Shown: in pieces, positions 57,491-64,000 of the stretch
Position numbering within the stretch: position 1 is the first letter of the stretch
How the letters are laid out: each line of letters starts with the position of its first letter
Origin: Dehalococcoidia bacterium
GTDB taxonomy: Bacteria; Chloroflexota; Dehalococcoidia; DSTF01; JACRBR01
Length of the DNA: 64,000 nt
NCBI GenBank assembly: GCA_035650575.1
Contig: DASRHM010000048.1
Span: forward strand, 2,530 to 66,529
Reading direction: 5' to 3'
Notes under the pieces: model-generated
The model's input: only the letters and a program-made list of their open reading frames with translations
Told to the model about the DNA's origin: nothing
Databases searched by the model: none
Translations under genes and position numbers: made by a program

Positions 57491-58395
57491 CGGGCGCCTC
57501 CTTCGTCCTTCGCCCGCACGAGCGCCCGTTCCAGCACGCGGCGCGCGAGCACCTGCGCCAGGTGGCGGCGCTGCGCCGCCGACCCGCGCATGTCGGTGAT
57601 CGGCCGCGCCGTGGCGGCGGCGGCTTCCGCGGCGCGCGCGATCGTCTCGGTGGTCGCCGGCGAACCCGCAAGCATCGCCGCGGCCTCCGCTGCGAGCAGC
57701 GGCGTCGGCGCCACCGCGCCGAGCGCGATGCGCGACGCCGCGAACGTCGCGCCGTCGGGCGAGAGCGTGACGCTGGCGCCGCAGTTGCAGACGGCGATGT
57801 CCATCTCGTTTCGGGGGATGAAGCGCTCGAACGCGGCGCCGCTGTGCGGGGCCGCCGCCGGGATGCGCAGCGCCACGAGCATCTCGTCTTCGGCGAGCGC
57901 GCTCGCGCCCGGGCCGGTCGCCATCTGCTCGATGGGCAGCGTGCGCCCTCCCTGCGGCCCCGCGATCTCCGCGGTCGCGCCGAGGGCGATCAGCGCCGGC
58001 ACCGAGTCGGCCGCCGGCGATGCGTTGCAGACGTTGCCGCCGAGCGTCGCGCGTGACTGGATCTGCGTGCCGCCGATCAGCCCCGCCGCCTCGACGAGCG
58101 CCGGGAAGCGGCGCGCCACCTCCGCATCCGCGCAGATGCGCGCGCACGGCACCGCGGCGCCGATGACCAGCCCGCCGCCCTCGAAGCGCATCTCCGTCAG
58201 CTCCGGGATCTTCTTGACGTCGAGCAGCAGCGCCGGGCGGCGCCGCCCTTCGCGCGCCTGGACGATGATGTCCGTGCCGCCGGCGAGCACGCGCGCCTCG
58301 GCCCGCCGCTCGCCGAGAAGCGCCAGCGCCCCATCCAGCGTCGCCGGGGCCGCGTATTCGATCTGGTGCACGTCCCTCCCGTCCGGTGCGCGCAT
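57487..58395 (-). CDS. FAD-binding medium subunit (CoxM family)
   Basis: LAGGTDIIV and ATLGGNVCNASPAADS motifs. An alternative GTG start at 58371 has a GGAGG upstream. Confidence 0.85.
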   Translation of the reverse strand: MRAPDGRDVHQIEYAAPATLDGALALLGERRAEARVLAGGTDIIVQAREGRRRPALLLDVKKIPELTEMRFEGGGLVIGAAVPCARICADAEVARRFPALVEAAGLIGGTQIQSRATLGGNVCNASPAADSVPALIALGATAEIAGPQGGRTLPIEQMATGPGASALAEDEMLVALRIPAAAPHSGAAFERFIPRNEMDIAVCNCGASVTLSPDGATFAASRIALGAVAPTPLLAAEAAAMLAGSPATTETIARAAEAAAATARPITDMRGSAAQRRHLAQVLARRVLERALVRAKDEGGAR

Positions 58396-58451
58396 ACACG
58401 CCGGGCGCACGCTCCCCGGATACCAGACACTGCGCCGTCAGGCAATCGCGC

Positions 58452-59681
58452 TCACCAGTAGACCAAATCGAGGAATGCCGGGGTCGTGATCACCGGCGTG
58501 TCCGCGCGCCACTGGAGGTAGCGCGTCTCGGGGACGGGCTCGCGCGCCGCGAGCAGCTCCGCGACCTCCGGAAGGGTCTCGAGCGGCGCCACCAGGCAGT
58601 CGCGCCCGAGGCCCCCGGTGACGCCAACGAGGTGTTCGATCAGCGCCGCGAGCGCATCGGGCCGCCCTTCGGCGAAGCCGAAGTCGAGCAGCGCCGTGAC
58701 GGCGAGCGTGCGCGTCTCGCCGGTCTCGCGGTGCGTCCAGCGCTCCATCGAATCCCGGCCCCGGTCCCACAGCCCGGCGCACGCGACGAGCTCGCCCGCG
58801 CGCTCCAGCACGTAGAAGTCGGACATTCCGTACGGTCGCAGTGAGGGACGATGAAAGCCGCCCGCGAGCCCGGCATCGAGACGGTCCATCAGCGACTGTG
58901 CGGTGTACGCCCGAAAAAGGTCGCGCCCGGCGTGGGTGCGATTGATGAGGGCGGCGCAGCGCTCCAGGTCCTCGTCGCGGGCCGGGCGCACCCCTTCCGC
59001 CGCTCCGGCCCCCGCCGGGTACTGCAGCACCGTCACCGGGATGCCCGGCACCTCCCCCTCGCGCACCGGCACGCTCTCCACCGCCGGCATGAACTTCCGG
59101 TTCCAGCGCTCCATCGTCATGTTGCCCGCGCGGATGATGTCGTACTGCAAGTGCGTGTTGCGCCCCAGCCCCACCGCCCACGGGAGCGACCGCACCCAGT
59201 GCGCGTAGCGCGCGCCGCGATGCGCTTCGTGCACGCGCATCGCCTGGCCGTAGTGGACGATGATCTCGCGGCCGCCGACGACCGTCCGGCGGATCGCGAA
59301 GGAGACGCAGGCGACGAGCGACGGGCCGTCGAAGAGGCCGTTGAGCACCGGCCGCTCCTGCAGCTCGAACTGCGCGAACGCATTCGGCCCGCGCTCCACC
59401 GTCACGTCCCAGTCGCCGATCCGTTCGGGCGCGTTGGCCCACAGCGACCGGAACTCATCGGCGTCCATTGGCGTGAGCTGGCGAAAGCGCATGCGGCCGT
59501 TGAGCAGCCGGTCCGCCCACGTGATCTCTTCCTCGATGCGCTCGCGCGACGCGTCCCAGCCCAAGAGCGCGCGCAGCAACCCTTCGCCGACCCGCAGCTC
59601 GCGCGCGCGCACGAGCAACTCTCGCGGCAGCCCGCGTTCCGCCCATTGCTGTTCGAGGTCGTCCGTGCCGTCCGCAGCCAC
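58452..59681 (-). CDS. hypothetical protein, possibly a two-domain GNAT-like acyltransferase
   Basis: GTG start at 59681 with GGAGG 7 nt upstream. Product assignment is tentative. The ORF upstream of 59681 is noise. Confidence 0.4.
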   Translation of the reverse strand: MAADGTDDLEQQWAERGLPRELLVRARELRVGEGLLRALLGWDASRERIEEEITWADRLLNGRMRFRQLTPMDADEFRSLWANAPERIGDWDVTVERGPNAFAQFELQERPVLNGLFDGPSLVACVSFAIRRTVVGGREIIVHYGQAMRVHEAHRGARYAHWVRSLPWAVGLGRNTHLQYDIIRAGNMTMERWNRKFMPAVESVPVREGEVPGIPVTVLQYPAGAGAAEGVRPARDEDLERCAALINRTHAGRDLFRAYTAQSLMDRLDAGLAGGFHRPSLRPYGMSDFYVLERAGELVACAGLWDRGRDSMERWTHRETGETRTLAVTALLDFGFAEGRPDALAALIEHLVGVTGGLGRDCLVAPLETLPEVAELLAAREPVPETRYLQWRADTPVITTPAFLDLVYW

Positions 59682-59926
59682 CGCGTTTCCTCCACTGCGT
59701 GCCTGCCCGCGCGGATCCTCCGCGCGCCCGGCGTGAGAGCCGATCTTGCACTCCCGGCAACGCCGGCGCAACGGCGGTCGCCCCGCGCGTGCCGTGGCCC
59801 GGTGCGCGCGTTTCCCTCCCGCGCGGCGGCGTGGCGCGCCACGGATCGCCGGTCGCGGTGCACGCCACGCTGCCCTCCCCCGCGTCGGCGGAAGGAGGGC
59901 AGCGCGCTGCGTGCGGGCGCCGGCAG

Positions 59927-62176
59927 TTACCGGCCGCCACCCGCGTATGCCGGCTCGAGCGCAGCCGCGGCGGTCGTGGCCGCCGGAGCCGGCGCGCCGT
60001 GGATGTGCACCTGCGGCAGCCAGCCCAGCCAGCGCGGCAGGTACCAGTTCCAGTCGCCGAGCAGCTCCATCGTCGCGGGCACCAGCACCATGCGCACGAT
60101 GGTCGCGTCGACGATGATCGCCACCGCGAGGCCGAACCCGACCTGCTGGAAGATGACCAGCTCGCTCGAAGCCATGCCGGCGAACACCGCGACCATGATC
60201 AGCGCCGCGCCCGTGATGATGCCGCCGGTCTGGCGCACGCCGTGCACCACCGATGCCGTGTTCGCGCCCGTCTCGTCGTACCGCTCCTTGATCCGGCTCA
60301 GCAGGAACACGTGGTAGTCCATCGAGAGCCCGAAGAGGATGGCGAAGAGGAACAGCGGCAGCCATGACTCGATGACCGGCGCCTCGCGGAACCCGAACAG
60401 CCCCGCGCCGAAGCCGTGCTGGAACACCAGCACCAGCGCGCCGTACGCCGCGCCGACCGACAGGGCGTTCATCGCCACGGCCTTCAGCGGCACCACGATC
60501 GACCGGAACGCGACGAGCAGGAACAGGAAGCTCAGCCCGAGCACGAAGGTGAACACCAGCGGCAGGTAGTGCATCTGCGCCGCCACCGAGTCCACCGTCT
60601 CGGCCGTGGCGCCGCCGACGTACACGTGCGACTCACCGTCCGTGAACGCCGCGGGGATGTACGCGTTGCGCAGGCGCTTCAACGCCGCCTCCGACTCCGG
60701 GCTCGAGAAGTCGCCCGGCATCGCCACCGTCAGCAGCGCCAGGTCGCCCGCGCCGTTCGTCTCGGACGTCGTCCCGCCGAAGAAGCCGTCCTGCGCGAGC
60801 GCCGCCTGCAGGTCCTCGATCTCGCGGGCGATCGTCGCCGAGCGCACATCCGGCGCATCGATCACGACGTCCGCGGTCAGCACGCCGTCGCTGAACTCGC
60901 GGTTCAGCACGTCGAATGCGTGCCGTGAGTCGCTGTTCTCCGGGAGCGTGCCGATCCCCACCGAACCCATGTTGATGCCGAGCGCGGGCGCGGCCGCCGC
61001 CACGAGCAGCCCGCCCGAGAGGAGCGCGCTGACCACGGGCCGCGCCGCCACCGCGCGCGCCACCAGCGCGAACACGCCGCCGGCTTCGCCCGCGCCCTCG
61101 CGCCGGCCGATGCGCGGCAGGCGGAGCGCGTTCACCTTGTCGCCCAGCAGCGAGAGGACCGCCGGCAGCAGCGTCAACGCCGCCGCCACCGTCGCGCCGA
61201 CCGCGAGCATCGACCCCACGGCGAAGCTGCGGAACACCGGGTCCGGGGTGACCAGCATGCCGGCGAGCGCGATCGCGACGGCGCCGCCCGAGAACAGCAC
61301 CGCGCGCGTTGCCGTGTTGCCGGCGGCGGCGATCGCGTCGACCTTCGCCAGGCCGTTCGCGCGCTCCTCCCGCACGCGCTGGACGATGAACAGCGAGTAG
61401 TCGACGCCCACCGCCAGGCCGATCATCGTGATGATGAAGACGACGTAGTTGGACATGCCCATCGCGTTGCTGACGAGCGCCGTGGCCCCGGCCGCGACGA
61501 ACACGGACAGCAGCGCCACCACGATCGGCAGCCCCGCGGCAACGACGGCACCGAAGACCACGAGCAGCACGACGAGCGCGACCGCGACGCCGATCATCTC
61601 GCCGTGGTGGAGGGTGTCGGACATCGACGCGTTGATCTCGTTGCCCACGCTGCCGAACCCGACCGTCGTCACGCGGAAGCCATCGCGGCCGTCCAGCTCG
61701 TGCACGACGTCCACGAGCGGCGCCGCGTTGTCCGTCGCCTGGTCTTCGTTGCCGATGAGGCGCGCCGTGATCAGCGCGACGTGACCGTCCTGCGACACCA
61801 TCCCCTGGTCGCCGTCGCGGTAGCTCGCCACCGACTGCACCTGCCGCAGCCCGCGCAGGTCGGCGACGAGCGCGTCGACCGCGCGCGCGAATCGCGCATC
61901 GCCGGCCGTCGCGTCCGCGGACTCGATGATGATGTACTCCTCGGGCGGCGTCTGCGCGCGCAGGCGCTCCTTGATCAGCGTGCTCGCCTTCGTCGCCTCG
62001 GTCCCCGCCGTGCTCGTGCTGGGCGAGAGGTGCATCGTGCCGGCGGCGAGGAAGGCCGCCACCACCAGGACCGCCCAGAGCCCGGCGAACCGCCACGGAT
62101 GCCGCGCCGCCGCGCGCGCGATGCGGCCGGTGAACCCGCCGCCCTGAGCCTGCTTGCTGCCGAAACCGAACATCAC
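59927..62176 (-). CDS. MMPL-family (RND-superfamily) membrane transporter
   Basis: 749 aa. Two 6-TM bundles with large periplasmic loops. MMPL motif region (GVDYSLFIV / MDYHVFLLSRIKE). Confidence 0.88.
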   Translation of the reverse strand: MMFGFGSKQAQGGGFTGRIARAAARHPWRFAGLWAVLVVAAFLAAGTMHLSPSTSTAGTEATKASTLIKERLRAQTPPEEYIIIESADATAGDARFARAVDALVADLRGLRQVQSVASYRDGDQGMVSQDGHVALITARLIGNEDQATDNAAPLVDVVHELDGRDGFRVTTVGFGSVGNEINASMSDTLHHGEMIGVAVALVVLLVVFGAVVAAGLPIVVALLSVFVAAGATALVSNAMGMSNYVVFIITMIGLAVGVDYSLFIVQRVREERANGLAKVDAIAAAGNTATRAVLFSGGAVAIALAGMLVTPDPVFRSFAVGSMLAVGATVAAALTLLPAVLSLLGDKVNALRLPRIGRREGAGEAGGVFALVARAVAARPVVSALLSGGLLVAAAAPALGINMGSVGIGTLPENSDSRHAFDVLNREFSDGVLTADVVIDAPDVRSATIAREIEDLQAALAQDGFFGGTTSETNGAGDLALLTVAMPGDFSSPESEAALKRLRNAYIPAAFTDGESHVYVGGATAETVDSVAAQMHYLPLVFTFVLGLSFLFLLVAFRSIVVPLKAVAMNALSVGAAYGALVLVFQHGFGAGLFGFREAPVIESWLPLFLFAILFGLSMDYHVFLLSRIKERYDETGANTASVVHGVRQTGGIITGAALIMVAVFAGMASSELVIFQQVGFGLAVAIIVDATIVRMVLVPATMELLGDWNWYLPRWLGWLPQVHIHGAPAPAATTAAAALEPAYAGGGR

Positions 62177-62336
62177 GGACCTCCTCTGCGCTTGCTTCTT
62201 GCTTGCACCTGGAGGCTATGCCGCGCACACCTGCGCCGTCGTCGCGCGCAAGTAGGAACGTGGGTCAACCGGGGAGGGAGATTTCGGCCGCGCGTCTCCC
62301 TCTCGAGGGGTAGGCGAGCGGACGCAGCGCGAAGCG

Positions 62337-63008
62337 CTAGTGCGACTTCGGGCGCACGAGGCCGACGTCGTAGGCGAGGATCACCGCCTGCGTGCGGTCG
62401 CGCAGCCCGAGCTTCTCGAAGACGTGCTTCACGTGCGTCTTCACGGTGCCTTCGGTCAGCACCAGTTGCTCGGCGATCTCCGCGTTCGACAGCCCGTGCG
62501 CCATCAACCCGAGCACCTCGCGCTCGCGCTCCGTCAGCGCGCTCAACCGCGCGGCGTCCTCGCCGCCCGCCGGACCGGGCTGGGCCGCGAACTGGTTGAT
62601 CAGCCGCCGGGTCACCGATGGCGCCAGCAGCGCCTCGCCCGCCGCGACGATGCGGATGCCGGCGACGAGGTCGGCCGCCGGCGCGCGCTTCAAGAGAAAG
62701 CCGCTCGCGCCCGCGCGCAGCGCCTCGTAGACGTACTCGTCCAGCTCGAACGTCGTGAGGATGATCACGCGCGACGTCCCCGTGCGGCCGAGCGCCATGA
62801 TCTCTCGCGTCGCATCGAGCCCGTTCATCACCGGCATCTGGATGTCCATCAGCACGACGTCCGGGTCGAGCGTCTTCGTCAGCGCGACGGCCTCCGCGCC
62901 CGTGCCCGCTTCCCCGACGACCTCGATGTCCTCCTCCGAGTCGAGGATCAGCCGGAAGCCCGCGCGCACGAGGCTCTCATCGTCCACCAGCAGCACGCGG
63001 ATGCTCAT
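62337..63008 (-). CDS. NarL/LuxR-family response regulator
   Basis: Receiver plus LuxR HTH (LTEREREVLGLMAHGLSNAEIAEQLVLTEGTVKTHV). Confidence 0.9.
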   Translation of the reverse strand: MSIRVLLVDDESLVRAGFRLILDSEEDIEVVGEAGTGAEAVALTKTLDPDVVLMDIQMPVMNGLDATREIMALGRTGTSRVIILTTFELDEYVYEALRAGASGFLLKRAPAADLVAGIRIVAAGEALLAPSVTRRLINQFAAQPGPAGGEDAARLSALTEREREVLGLMAHGLSNAEIAEQLVLTEGTVKTHVKHVFEKLGLRDRTQAVILAYDVGLVRPKSH

Positions 63009-63990
63009 ACCGCCGCGCTCTTCAGCGGCAGGCGCGCCCGCACGCGATAGCCGCCCTCCGGCGATGCCGCGCCGACCTCGAGCTCGCCCCCGAACACCGC
63101 CACGCGCTCGCGCATCCCGACGATCCCGCGCCCGCCGTGCTCCGCGCTCGCACGCGCCTGCGGGCCGCGGCCGTCATCGCTGATCTCCACTTCCACCGCG
63201 TCCGGCGCGTAGCGCACGACGACGCGCGCACGCCTCCCGCGCGAATGCTTCAGCGCGTTCGTCAGCGCCTCCTGCACGATGCGGTACGCCGAAAGCTCGA
63301 TGCTCGCCGGCAGCTCCTGCCGCGCGCCCTCGACCGCGACGTCCACCGCGAGCCCCGCGTCCGATACCTGCGCCGCGAGCGTCTCGATCTGCGCGAGCCC
63401 CGGCTGCGGCCCGAGCGCCGGCTGCCCGCCGTCCGCTGCCGCGCGCAGCACGCCGAGCATGCGCTCCATGTCGGACAGCGCCTCCCGCCCCGCGGACTCG
63501 ATCGACGCCAGCGCCTCGCGTGCGGCCTGCGGCCTCGTCTCGAGTGTCCGCTGCGCGCCGCCGGCCTGGATGACGATCACGTTGAGCGCGTGGCCCACGA
63601 TGTCGTGCAGCTCGCGCGCCATCCGCGCCCGCTCGTCGGCGACGGCCTCCCGCGCGCGCAACTCCTGGTCGCGCTCCAGCCACGCCGCGTGCTCGCCGAG
63701 GGCCGCCGCCTGCTCGCCGCGGATGCGCAGGTACGAGCCGAATAGCCACGCCAGCGCCCACGTGCCGCTCGTCGCCGCCATGTCGACGGGCCCGAAGTCG
63801 CCGCGCGTCGTCGCGAAGAACACCGCCAGCGCGCCCGCGGTGAACCCCGCCGCGATCAGCGCGCGCCGGTTGTCCGTGAGCGATGCCGCGCCGTACACCG
63901 CGACGAGCGAGCCGAACGTCCCCGCCTGCACCACCTCGTACCCCAGCGCCGCGTGCGCGGCGACCGCGCCGCCGACCACGATCGCCACGC
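63005..63990 (-). CDS. sensor histidine kinase (HisKA_3 + HATPase), N-terminus beyond window end
   Basis: H-box ELHDIVGHALNVIVIQAGG. ATPase N/G boxes (EALTNALKHS, DDGRG). TM helices run to the window edge. Overlaps the RR gene by 4 nt. Confidence 0.85.
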
Positions 63991-64000
63991 CCAGCGGCCA

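Noticed and set aside
1-64000. CRISPR arrays, transposases, integrases, rRNA
   Set aside because: No regularly spaced direct repeats, no DDE/tyrosine recombinase-like ORFs and no rRNA-like sequence were seen.

Overview
This is a high-GC (about 70%+), actinobacteria-like chromosomal segment, densely coded on both strands. Most opposite-strand Arg/Pro-rich ORFs in the six-frame track are GC-frame artefacts. The real content is as follows. (1) A 3' fragment of leuB, a hypothetical gene and an alpha/beta hydrolase. (2) A tandem array of six paralogous acyl-CoA dehydrogenase (ACAD) genes (2980-11920, minus strand). It is interrupted by a small membrane protein gene and a low-GC four-helix-bundle (Avd/23S-IVS-like) gene. 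A TetR regulator whose start codon sits on a palindrome follows. (3) A secreted beta-propeller/vWA protein, pirin, purU, a methyltransferase and MFS efflux pair, an OmpR/HK two-component pair, an NDP-sugar pyrophosphorylase, grpB, a HAD hydrolase and a phosphodiesterase. (4) LarB, a PAP2 phosphatase and phosphoglucomutase. (5) A nitrogen block: glnII (GS type II with a basic tail) and amt-glnK, the latter preceded by a GlnR-box-like array of GTnAC/GAAAC pentamers at 11-bp periodicity. (6) An SDR and two BatA/BatB-like VWA genes. (7) tRNA-Ser(GCT), followed by an accessory-looking stretch. This stretch holds a DUF2007 gene, a haloalkane-dehalogenase-like gene with an in-frame TGA at the conserved Trp, a zinc-ribbon peptide, an orphan LuxR response regulator coupled to a small ORF, and two small unknown genes. 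(8) A nitroreductase, an enoyl-CoA hydratase, DAHP synthase, AroH chorismate mutase, trpA coupled to a CPBP protease, a P1 peptidase and a polysaccharide deacetylase. (9) A coxMSL-type molybdenum hydroxylase operon with a MoaD-like gene, a GNAT-like protein, an MMPL transporter and a LuxR-type two-component pair that runs off the window end. A family of GC-rich palindromic intergenic repeats recurs throughout. No CRISPR array, transposase or integrase was seen. Coordinates read by eye may be off by about 1 nt.
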